NCBI GenBank assembly: GCA_950097015.1
Contig: CATNEN010000005.1
Span: 434,001-498,000 of the forward strand
Source: Macrostomum hystrix
Lineage: Eukaryota; Animalia; Platyhelminthes
Direction of reading: 5' to 3'
DNA: 64,000 nucleotides
Shown: piece after piece, positions 21,351-32,216 of the stretch
Position numbering within the stretch: position 1 is the first letter of the stretch
Layout: every line of letters starts with the position of its first letter
Translations under genes and position numbers: made by a program
Notes under the pieces: model-generated
The model's database searches: none
What the model saw: only the letters and a program-made list of their open reading frames with translations
Told to the model about the DNA's origin: nothing

Positions 21351-22475
21351 ATGGAGGACGTTTTGGATGCTGACGAGTTTGACAGAATGTTAGAGGCGAT
21401 CACTGTCGACCTGACACCTGAGGGTTCTGCGAGCCGCAGCTCTGTTGAAGTGGAAACCATGGAAGCCGAAGTGCCGAATGAGCAAGAGCTATGCGAAATA
21501 CCGGTACGGCAACCAACAGCGCCGCAGATGGCGAGGACGATAAGCAAGCGACCCGGTGCACCTCAAACCGGCGAGTCTGTTCCAAGCAAGCGAAACCACC
21601 AGGCATCCAAGATACCGGTTCCGGTGGAAAGAGAGGCGTTAGTGCGAACATTGGCAAGTGCAGAAGTACCTGTCTTGGAGGAGATTGTCAATCGCCATCC
21701 GCCTGGAGCTCGGTCAGCAATTGTCTTACCGGTAGCTGAGTCACAACCTGGTCGCAGGCGGAAGATGGCCTATCGTGCAATCGCACCGAAACCGCCACTG
21801 CAGGAGATACAGCCGCAACAACAACAGCCGGCTGTACAGGCCAAGATCCCCAGGACTCGGCAGCAGCCTCTCAAGCTGAAATCGGTGGTTCAACAGCCTC
21901 TGCCGCAGCCGCAGCAGTCGATTCATCCGAAGCCACAGGAGCAGCAGCCGCACCAACAGGGTTGGCAGTCGCAGCAGCAGTCGCAGCAGCAGTCGCAACA
22001 ACAGCCGCAGCAGCAGCCACAACAACAGACTCAGCAGCTGCAGCAACCGCCGCAGCCGCAGTCACCACATCAGCCGCAGCAGGAGCAGGGAGGCGACGAC
22101 GACCAGCCTCCTGGTGATGGTCCCGGAGGCAACTTCCCGGCTATCATGGCTCAAATGCCGGAGGCGCAGCAAGTGGTCCTCAAACGGCAAATTCAGATCA
22201 TCAAAAAGCATTTTCTTCATGTTGCATATGCTCGGTTGGACCGCCTAACACCGCAGCGAGAACACGTCCGGCCGGCTTTTCGAACTCTGCAGGCCCGCTT
22301 CAGCCAAGAGACAGTCATCGCGGCTTGGCGACGTGCGTCGAGCTACGCCAAACACGTGATTATGCGAAATCCTTATGACTATAACAAGATACTCTTGAAC
22401 ATTGAATCGAGATGGGCCGGCAATCTAGTAGGTTGGCCGCGTCATTTATCGTTCCCAGATGAATGTCAGTTCTAG
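21351..22475 (+). CDS. Retrotransposon accessory ORF3, 374 aa, unknown function (acidic N-terminus, Q/P-rich middle, helical-looking C-terminus); not env-like
   Basis: Intact ATG-to-stop ORF between pol and the 3' LTR, in good context (GTAATGG). No evident signal peptide or transmembrane segment. Confidence 0.8.
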   Translation: MEDVLDADEFDRMLEAITVDLTPEGSASRSSVEVETMEAEVPNEQELCEIPVRQPTAPQMARTISKRPGAPQTGESVPSKRNHQASKIPVPVEREALVRTLASAEVPVLEEIVNRHPPGARSAIVLPVAESQPGRRRKMAYRAIAPKPPLQEIQPQQQQPAVQAKIPRTRQQPLKLKSVVQQPLPQPQQSIHPKPQEQQPHQQGWQSQQQSQQQSQQQPQQQPQQQTQQLQQPPQPQSPHQPQQEQGGDDDQPPGDGPGGNFPAIMAQMPEAQQVVLKRQIQIIKKHFLHVAYARLDRLTPQREHVRPAFRTLQARFSQETVIAAWRRASSYAKHVIMRNPYDYNKILLNIESRWAGNLVGWPRHLSFPDECQF

Positions 22476-22559
22476 TTTTTGTCATTTTTCCTTTTGTCAT
22501 TTTGTCATTTTGTCATTTTTATCACTTATTATTCAAAAAATGCCTTTAGGGAAGCCAAT

Positions 22560-22881
22560 TGTAAGAGGCTATATTTTGTATTTTTCCGTAGCTTGTATTT
22601 TACCGTAACTTCGCTTAATTCTAGGAAATTGTAGAAATTCACCGTTGTTTAACTACGCTTTAATTTTTGTTTAAATATGCACACTCAACCCCAATTTCTT
22701 GCTATAAATATACGCGCGCTGTAAGGAGAAAAACTAACTTTCGGGAGCATAACCCAAGTTCAAGAATAAAATATGCTGAATGCACGTGTTCTTTGAATAA
22801 AATTTGCTATAAAAGAGGAAATAACGTTGGGAATATATAAAACGTATTGGAGGACAGTTTATTATTGAGACGATAGCAAAA
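22560..22881 (+). repeat. 3' LTR, left part (first 322 bp)
   Basis: Matches 14607-14928; preceded by a short purine tract AGGGAAG (22548-22554). Confidence 0.95.
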
Positions 22882-23600
22882 CCCTAGGCGCCAATAATTT
22901 CAAATAATGCATTTACAATGCAAGATGCATTATATTGCATTGGAAATGCATTACAAATGCATTTTTGTGCATTGGCAAAATAATGCAAACCAATGTATTA
23001 TAAATGTATTGAAGATGCATTATTTCGCCTTAAAACTGCACTTTTAAGTAATGCATTGTCAATATATTGAGAATGCATTATTTTATCCTGAAAATGCACT
23101 TCAAAACAATGCATTATAAATGTATCAAGAATGCATTATTTTGCCTTCTGAAATGCACTGCAGAACAATGCATTGCAAATATATTGAGAATGCATTATTT
23201 TATCCTAAAAATGCACTTCAAAACAATGCATTATAAATGTATCAAGAATGCATTATTTTGCCTTGTGAAATGCACTGCAAAACAATGCATTGCAAATATA
23301 TTGAGAATGCATTATTTTATCCTAAAATTGCAGTTTAAAACAACATTATAAATGTATCAAGAATGCATTATTTTGCCTTCCGAAATGCACTGCAGAACAA
23401 TGCATTATAAATGTATCAAGAATGCATTATTTTGCCTTGTGAAATGTACTGCAAAACAATGCATTGCAAATATATTAAGAATGCATTATTTTATCCTAAA
23501 ATTGCAGTTTAAAACAATGCATTATAATTGCATTAAGAATGCATTATTTTGCATTGGAAGCGCGCAAAGTTTCACTATTCAAAACAATGCATTATTTATA
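22882..23600. repeat. Left TIR and subterminal repeats (117-bp unit of three ~39-bp subunits rich in AATGCATT)
   Basis: AATATATTGAGAATGCATT at 23061, 23178 and 23295. Confidence 0.9.
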
Positions 23601-24562
23601 AATCAAGAATTTATTTTCCTACATATTCCTAATAGATCTTAGCAGTTCGGACAAGATTTTATAGGATAAGTCAGATCTTACAAGGCTGAATGTAAGATTG
23701 TCAACTATAGGGATGCATTTTAAGTGTGACGGGTGTCGTGGGCATGCATATGTGTTTGCCTTTAAACTGCAATATATGTAATTCGCACTACAATTTTATA
23801 TAGAAAGAAATATATTTTTGGTAAATTGACCGAAGATATGTTCGATTATTATCTGACTTATCTGACTTATATGAGAATTCTACAATGTATGAAAAGTATG
23901 ACTTTTATGCATTGCGCTCTATTACGCATCACACACGAGCAGAAAAAAAGTCACTATATCGATACACAAAATTATAGGTATATGTGAAATTATGAGTTCT
24001 GAGACGAGTAAGTTGGAGTAGAAAACAAGCACGCATTCATTAGCGTCCGCGCAGTCATATTTATTGTACTAGTACGACTCAATGGCTGACTCAGCATTGT
24101 TAGGAGATTAGGGGTGGGTGCTACAGCGCCTTGCATCAGTGAGAGAAAGTAAGCACAGTGGGGTGACATGGGTGCACGTGAACTATAGCCATGCAGATAG
24201 CAAATAGCGAGTATTGAAATGACAATAACTAGCTGTTATAGAGTGGCGCGCAAATAGTACTTTTGCTAAGCTATCCGACAGTATACTAAAACAAGAGACA
24301 GACACAAATTAGTTCTGGAATTTTTGAGTCATATCTTCTATGTACACAAATATTTTGTTAAAGTTACCATTTTTGGCACATATTGAAATATTCTTACTCT
24401 TGCGCTGGACATATTTATTCATATCATAGTTTGCTAGTTTATATCATTTCATATCATTCATATCAGTTCATATCATTCATATCAGTTCATATCATTTTGC
24501 TAGTTCTATTATTCTATTATATATTATACGGCCTGCTCTTTACTTGTAATTTATATATAGAC

Positions 24563-27500
24563 ATGTCGAATAATGCAACTGGTTCTATTTCGCGTCGCTC
24601 CAAAAGAAGGTCGAAAGCTGTGGATCGGTTGGCACAACAGGACCCAAAATCTCTTTCAATTAAGTTTTTTTTTTATGTTAAGGAAAGTGGGCAATATGTG
24701 ACTGCCAGTAGGTCAAGCCCAATAATGAAAGAGTTTAATTCTTCTTTTCCAGACAATAGGAACTGGAAAGTGGTAAGTCAATTGTGCACCTTGGCCATAC
24801 TTTACTAGGCCTATGTAAGGCCTATAATTTTTAAATTGGGGCATCTTTCAAAGATCATGTATTAGTGGGGGCCATGAATCTTTATATGTATGTCATATGT
24901 TGTATTTCCCTATATGATATTGTTTTTGTTGACTTGGATTTTTAGTAATTATTGCTTATGTTATGACTAAAAAAAATATTATAAAATTTAAATTATTTAA
25001 TTTAGGATTACTGTTAAGTTCGGCAAGTTAGGCTATTACATATATAAGACAAGGATTTTGGTTTAGGTATATAATATGGAAGATAGTTAGGTTATTAGGT
25101 AGTTTAGGGCAAATGTAAAGTTTAGGTATTCAAATTGGGGATATATTAATTATACTTGTACTTTTGTCATAGATAATAATAATAATTGTTATTAGAGTTA
25201 GGAAGGCAAGAGCATAGCTTTATTATAGGTTAAGATTTAGGTATACAAGATATGATACCCTAAATGCTAATTCCCTAGAGAAATTGTCTTTACCATTATA
25301 TCCTATAGAAATATAGGGTCAATATCTAGGGTCCCTATAGAATATATGCAACTTGTAACTATTTTTACAAACCAAAAATAACCTTTGCATTTAGACTTTA
25401 TATAAAAAAAGAACATTAAAATTATTTTATATTAATTATGGTAAGGTCTTGTAAGTGAGCTTTTACTTTAGAAATAAGAAAGTGATAATAAATACTTGAG
25501 TAAGCATAAATATGATAAACCAAAAAGAGTTAGAACTAAGAGTATTTATATATTCAAATGAAAAAGACTGCCTTTTAAAGTGATACCAACTAACCCTATT
25601 GCAGTGCATATAGGTTTTGATAGATAGTGTCTTTTATAGATAAACTAGTATTTTGCTATAGTATAGTTATGGCTACTGTTATAGATTATAATAAGAACAT
25701 CCTAAAAAGTAAAAAGAGTAATGATGGTTATAGGAACATCATTATTGAAAAATAAATTGATTGTGGTTATGGTTATGACATGATTTTCAAATCATAGTTA
25801 AATATAGTTAGTTAAGGTCTTTAAGTTAGTTAAATATAAGTTTAAATAGATTAAAATGGTTATATTCTTCTATGTTGTAATTGTACTCTTAAGTGTAATA
25901 TGACTAATTTAGAAGAGTATATCCATTGTCTTATAGAATCTAAGAAGTGTAGGATTTTCATCTCTTAGTTTATCTTTTCATCTCTTAGTTTATCTTTTCC
26001 TTGTTGAAATAATATATAGCTAAAGGAAGCAAAATATGGTTATGGTTTTGGCTATGCGAAGTTGCAGAAAATTGTATTTTATGTCAATTACAGTTATGGA
26101 AACTCATTATAGCAAAGTTGATTATGGATACTATTATCGTTATGGTTATGGTCCAAAGGATTTGTAGCAGCAAAACACTAAGATAAACATATGTATCTTT
26201 CCTTTTTCTATGTTCTTCTTTTAGAATGTTTATTGTCTATTAAACCCCTAATCATATTTGTTTGACTTGTTCAGAAAAGCTATGAATTCTTTTCTTTGAC
26301 TTGTAGATTGCATTCATCTCTTATTTAATTTTTTTCTTTACATTCCTGTTTAGGGTGGCTTCTACCCACTAGATTTTGGTCAAGAAGGAATCTGGCAAGG
26401 TTGCCTGCTTCATGCTGGCACACAAGCATCTGTCAACATGCTGGAGAAGAAGATGGCAGCATTTATTTCTGAGCATAAAACTGCAGGCAATTTAACAGAT
26501 GCCATTCTGCAAGAGTTTGTCAGGGGTATGTCAGTGCTGCTATATAAATACATTTTGGAACACTGTGTATCATCTTATTACAATAGTTGACAGGCAATTC
26601 ATATACTTACTATTTTAGGCCAGCATTCACCAATATCTTCCAGTGATTCCTCTGATGACTCTGAGCATGCTGATGCCAATGATGCCAGAGCTTCATTGCA
26701 AAAGCGCCCACGCCATGAGGCCACCAATTGTCATGGTGATGCTACTGCTTGTCCTAGAAGTTCTGGTGCCCTCACTGGTATTGAGAACCATGTAGCTGGT
26801 GACCGTGCTGGAATTCGGATTGAGCAAGAGTTTGCAGTGATGAATAGGTTCATGACTGCCACACCTGGTCATTCTGCTGCTGAAGCTGCTGCTATTGGTA
26901 CTGATGCACTCGATGGGGAAGAGATTTCTAATGTCCAAATCTATGCCAAACTGGGTAAATAATTTTAGTGGCTTAATAATTTCAAAATAATTTTACTCTG
27001 TGTAAAAACTTGACTTGGACAGGTTGGCAGATTGCTTTGACTGTGTGCAGTTTTCACAATAACTATAGCATGGGAGAGGCACATTTTCTAGGCTTCTGTC
27101 CTCAGATTAGCACACATGGCTCACTTGTTTGACTTGCAATATTTCGAGCTTTACTTAATGTAGATTGTGGAGTACATATGTCCTTTATCTATGTAACTTT
27201 ATAGCCATGATGTGGTTATGCAAGGTTTTTTCCACTTTTTTTCATTTTCAGTGAAGATAGAAGCCTATATGCATAGTGAGTTCAGGAAGCTCAAGAGGAA
27301 TGCAAAGGAATCGACTTTCCGGCGTGCTGAACCTAGCAATGAGGTATGATGCTATTTAGTTCTTAAATATCTATGTGCATAAAATTCACAACAAATATAT
27401 TCATTTTCTTATTTAAATAACGCTTCTACATTTTTCCATATGGGACAAGGTAGCTACAGCTAGTCCAGTAGGTTAGCTGCATCCACCATCACTACAAATT

Positions 27501-29015
27501 TAAGCAATATTGGCTGTTATACTTACTGTAGGCTAAATTTGCTTCTGACTCTCAAGGCAACCTTTGATAGCTTAAACCAGCTGTTCTCTAGCCCCAGTCA
27601 AGCAAACAATGATATGGTACCAGTTTTAAGCTAGGATAAATTACAATTTACATGTGGCTTGACTTGCAACTGCCTCCTCCACAGTCAGGTTACTGACTGT
27701 ATAGCTATATATGCATAGCCCTTGGGTGCACCCCATACTTCATGCAGAGTACTTGCAGCAGAAGCATTTTTTGCTTTACAGAATTTTTTCCAGCAGGTCA
27801 GGTGGGTTGTATATGTTATTTCATTGTTATTTCAAACTTTTGCAACATAGTCCTTAGCTTATAGCTACCAGTTAGAAATTCTCTTTTGGATATAGGTGTG
27901 TTATTATGTGCAAATTAATGGATTATTATATTTGGTAGTCTTCATTTTAAGTGGCATAGAAGCATGCGGAGCATTATATTTTTCTGCACACATTCCAGGA
28001 GTTCACTGATGTTGATGGTGTCAAGTTTGGCCTGGGGTCTCTGAAGAGAACCAATCCATCTACATTCATCCGCCAGTTTGCTCTCAAGCGGTATGGTCTG
28101 GCCTATTTGATGACACATGTTGTTGAACCAGGAAAGAAGACCACCCGGATAGCTGCCTCACAAGAGGTAGTGGATGAACTAAAGAGTGAGTTAACCTTTG
28201 GTTGCTTAATTGCTGATTGTTTTATGAAATATAGCACTAATGCCTGTTATCTATTGTGAAAGATATTACATTTTGCTTGACTGTGTAGTAATTTCTTGTT
28301 AGACAGCATAAATGTATTGTATCAGGTATGTAAAGTAATAAGCCTTGGAATAAGGGTGGAAGTGTGGCATGACCAGTAATATCCATATGCTAATTCTGTA
28401 CTTTTTGGTAATGTTGGTTTGAGGAACAGAATAAAATTTCTGAATATTAAACTACAGTTTTATTAGCAACTTAATATGGAACATAAATTTAAAGACATAC
28501 ATGACATTGTAAACCACTAAGACTAGCAGTAAGGAATACAATCCAATTATTTCCAATTCAAGTATGCCAAGAAATATATTTTCAGGTGAATAGCAAAATT
28601 GTGCTGTCAATGCAATCACTTGGTAGAGTAACTATGCACTCCACTGCTCTGTAGTCAGTGGGCCATGAAGTTTACTTTATCTTCCTTAAAGTGGATATCA
28701 ACTTACAGCTTGGTTGACTGGAGTAGGGATGCTTGGTCACTTGCTCACCTTGATGGTCAGGGATGCAACATTTATCAATGCTGTTTTTCTTTGCCATGTG
28801 TCATGCACCCCATGCATCTCTCCTATTTTCTCTTCTCTAAAGAGTATAACAGATAAATTTAGTATAATTTTGCTTCCCAAATTGTAGAGGTTCTACAACT
28901 GGCTTTTCAACCTAGCAGCGCCGATTCCGGAGAAGCGATGTGGACCATGGCACGGAAGAGTCTGAATCAGACTTATGCGGAGCAGAATCATGCTGCAAAG
29001 AGCCCTAAAACCTAA
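24563..29015 (+). CDS. Transposon accessory protein with putative C-terminal BEN-like domain; exons 24563-24772, 26354-26525, 26619-26954, 27252-27343, 27557-27616, 27999-28185, 28888-29015 (~394 aa)
   Basis: Seven GT-AG-bounded exons join without a stop; the exon 5 acceptor is the least certain. The C-terminal PSTFIRQFALKRYGLAYLMTHVVEPGKKTTRIAASQEVVDELKKVLQLAF...MWTMARKSLNQ follows the remembered BEN pattern. Confidence 0.65.
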
Positions 29016-29714
29016 GGTCCCTGGATTATATTGGGTTGATTTACAACGGTGGGAAGTGCATTGTTTAATTTTTTTATTTTTATGGAAGGCAGTGTATTAA
29101 TTATATGTTAATGTTGAGCCTAAGCATTGTGTGGGTTGATATTTTTTGTGGAAATAAAAAAATGGCAATCATTGACTTTTGGAATTTTGTCTTCGAGTTA
29201 TTACTTTCTGCTTGTTTAATGTACTTCTGTGTGTTGCTTAAGATAATATTTAGTGGCGTTAAGTTTTGTCTAAGGTATAATAAATGAATTGTTTTTTTCT
29301 AGTGTCAACATAACAATGGCAGTTACTAATAGGGCTGCTCATCTATACTTCTCTGGTTAGATATGAGAAATATCAAGGGATGCACATGATCATAACTGCA
29401 GAGTCAGCATGGATAAGATAACTGATGCAAACTATTTTGGGCCTTTGCACATAAATGTCTGATTTAAATCCTTTACTTAAGTATATAGAGTTTATAGTAA
29501 GGAAAAGAATTTTTCTTCAGTCTTCAGTTCACATAAGTGTCGGCCATTGTATATAGCTACTGCGATAGCACTGTATAAAAGATGGCAATGACATGTATTC
29601 TAAATCGCCTGCATTGTATATTGAGAGCAAGTGTTGACTGAAAGTAGTGATGGGTGTTAAATGAATAGTAAATGTATGTACAAATGCTACTTTTCTTACT
29701 CTGCAGCAGCCACC

Positions 29715-32216
29715 ATGCAGCACATCCAGAAGACATCGGCGACAGGATCGGCCAGTGCCTCTGTGTCATCGGCGACAGGATCGGCCAGTGCCTCTGTGTC
29801 ATCGGCAACAGGATCGGCTAGTGCCTCTGTGTCATCGGCGACAGGATCGGCTAGTGCCTCTGTGTCATCGGCGACAGGATCGGCTAGTGCCTCTGTGTCA
29901 TCGGCGACAGGATCGGCTAGTGCCTCTGTGTCATCGGCGACAGGATCGGCCAGTGCCTCTGTGTCATCGGCGACAGGATCGGCCAGTGCCTCTGTGTCAT
30001 CGGCGACAGGATCGGCCAGGGCCTCTGTGTCATCGGCGACAGGATCGGCCAGTGCCTCTGTGTCATCGGCGACAGGATCGGCCCTGTCGTCATCGTCGTC
30101 GTCATCTGACCATGCGTCTGCTGGTGCCTCAGTGCCAATGACATCTCAACGATTGCATTCAACGGTGTCAGCCCAAGGAGCAGCAGAGCCACTCCTGCCA
30201 CTCTCTGTTTTTCAAGAGAGGCATCTCATTCTGCAGCATTCACTTGAAGACGAGTGCACCGTTGCTTCTCTTTTGCGGCTGTGGCAGCTTAACGAGAACT
30301 GTAGCGATGCTGCTATGAATCGACTACTCCTCCTCCTAAGCCACATTCCGGATAGAAATTTGCCAAAGTCTGCAAAGCAAATGAAAACGCGAGTGAAAAA
30401 TTTCTTCTGTCATTCATTTACCTCTGCTCGTCTGTGTCTGGTTTGTGAAAAGGCTGGCTGCCGTGAACATGAAGACTTGGCCACTACCGTCGTGATTACG
30501 AATGTGCAAGGCCAGATCGAGAACATCTTGGACTCACAGTTGGAGGTGCTTTTGGAGTACGAGCGCGAGATGAGCAGTGGCATGTACACTGATGTCCTTA
30601 ACTCCGATGTAGCAGAAAACCTCGAGCGAAGCTCTGGTACTAACCTACACATGTATTTTTTGCTTAATGCAGATGGAGCTTCATTTTGGGAAAATTCTGA
30701 CGTGCAGATATGGCCTCTGACAGCAATCCTTCTGAATCTTCCTCCTGGCAAGAGGAAATTGTTTCGAAACATCATTTTGCTTGCACTGGTTTCCGCTAAA
30801 CAGAAGCCCAACTTTCGCCAATGTCTGCCTGCAATTCTCAACAAGCTGCCTACACTGGTTGAATATGGCAGATTTTCAGTGCACCTGCATTTCTCTTTCA
30901 TTGTAAGTGATCTCCCAGCTCTCGCCTCACTGTTCTGCATAAAGCAGTTCAATGGAGAATTCTCCTGTCCTAAGTGCCTCAACCCTGGCAAAAGTCTGCG
31001 AACTGGGCTCTGGGTGTTTGCCCCAAATTCCCAGTGTCCGCTCCGAACAACTGCATTTCATCTCGAATGTGTGCGCTTCCTTGAACAGTCGGGCCTAAAG
31101 AGCATTTTTGGCGTAACTGGAGTGTCACCGCTGTGTAAGCGTATCAGTTTCCCAGCAAACTTCATAATTGACGGAATGCATGCATTTTTCGAGGGCCAGG
31201 TCAAGCTTCTGCTAACAATGTCAACTGACGGCAAGAACCGCCACGAGGAGTTTTTCATCGGTCGTTCTGTTCGCGAAGTTGTTGATTCATTGCTTGAAAA
31301 TCTAAAGTTTCCACATGGAATTCATCGGCCGCCTACCCTGGCAAGATTGAGTCTCTGGAAGGCGAAGGATTTTAAGTTGTTTTCCCTGTACTTGTGGATT
31401 CCTTTGCTGCTGGCTCAACAGAATGGTTTACACCGGGAGCTCATTTTCTGCCTAATCGCAGTCTACCATTTCATGTACAGCAATGCCGGATTTGAGCAGG
31501 TTCAGTTGCTCACCACTGCTTTCATGGAGAGTGCAGCTGAAGTCTTTTCAGAGGAGGTACATCGATTGAACTTCCATCTGTTGGAGCACATGGGGAATCA
31601 GTGCCGCGAGTTTGGACCAATATCTTCTTACTCAATGTTTCCATTCGAAGGTGCGATGCTGCATTTCAAGCACATGTTTTCTGGTACTCGCTATCAAGCC
31701 GAGCAGATTGCCGAGCGTTTTTTTTGGTACAGTTCATTGGTTAATTCCTTTCAACACTCTGAATTCACCGCTTACGAGGCATTTACATCTGCAATCGCTG
31801 ATACATCGCTACCAAGGGACTGCATAGTGGTAAATGGACAAGCAGTCTTCGCACATGGGCACGAGACCAACTTCAAGACATGCTCCTCGTTCGTCTACCT
31901 GAAGGATGGTCGCTTTTCTCTGATCAGGGAAGTCTGTCCAGGTGGCCAGAGTTTTCTAGGATCAATACTAGACTCAGTGGGAACGCTTCAAAGTGTCCTC
32001 TTCCCGCTGTTTACTCGGCCAGTTCTAGCAGCAGCTCGTTCCAAGCCGTCGCTGCGCTACGAAATGTTCAACAGAAATGCCCGCAATGATGGGATTGAAT
32101 GGTTTCCGTCTTCAATGATTCAGTCGCGCTGCATAAAGATTGATCTCAATCATCTGCGTGGTGTAGGTAGTTTTTTTTCTCTGGTACCTATGTTGGAAGA
32201 GAGCGAGCATGACTAG
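29715..32216 (+). CDS. EnSpm/CACTA (TnpD-like) DDE transposase with N-terminal Ser/Ala repeat
   Basis: GCCACCATG start after acceptor TTACTCTGCAG. Motifs SDAAMNRLL, LNADGA (D1), LLNLPP, SDLPA...FNGEFSCPKC (D2), IDGMH, WKAKDF, NFHLLEHM and MFPFEG (E). No stops. Confidence 0.92.
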   Translation: MQHIQKTSATGSASASVSSATGSASASVSSATGSASASVSSATGSASASVSSATGSASASVSSATGSASASVSSATGSASASVSSATGSASASVSSATGSARASVSSATGSASASVSSATGSALSSSSSSSDHASAGASVPMTSQRLHSTVSAQGAAEPLLPLSVFQERHLILQHSLEDECTVASLLRLWQLNENCSDAAMNRLLLLLSHIPDRNLPKSAKQMKTRVKNFFCHSFTSARLCLVCEKAGCREHEDLATTVVITNVQGQIENILDSQLEVLLEYEREMSSGMYTDVLNSDVAENLERSSGTNLHMYFLLNADGASFWENSDVQIWPLTAILLNLPPGKRKLFRNIILLALVSAKQKPNFRQCLPAILNKLPTLVEYGRFSVHLHFSFIVSDLPALASLFCIKQFNGEFSCPKCLNPGKSLRTGLWVFAPNSQCPLRTTAFHLECVRFLEQSGLKSIFGVTGVSPLCKRISFPANFIIDGMHAFFEGQVKLLLTMSTDGKNRHEEFFIGRSVREVVDSLLENLKFPHGIHRPPTLARLSLWKAKDFKLFSLYLWIPLLLAQQNGLHRELIFCLIAVYHFMYSNAGFEQVQLLTTAFMESAAEVFSEEVHRLNFHLLEHMGNQCREFGPISSYSMFPFEGAMLHFKHMFSGTRYQAEQIAERFFWYSSLVNSFQHSEFTAYEAFTSAIADTSLPRDCIVVNGQAVFAHGHETNFKTCSSFVYLKDGRFSLIREVCPGGQSFLGSILDSVGTLQSVLFPLFTRPVLAAARSKPSLRYEMFNRNARNDGIEWFPSSMIQSRCIKIDLNHLRGVGSFFSLVPMLEESEHD

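Noticed and set aside
21351-22475. ORF3 as an envelope (env) gene
   Set aside because: No signal peptide, furin cleavage motif or transmembrane anchor; the composition is disordered and Q-rich.
23067-23642. Cys/His-rich ORFs resembling metal-binding peptides
   Set aside because: They derive from the 117-bp subterminal repeats of the DNA transposon.
30410-30991. 193-aa antisense ORF within the transposase, and similar antisense or overlapping ORFs in pol, ATIC, UBL7 and H3
   Set aside because: Shadow ORFs of GC-rich coding sequence with no independent motifs.
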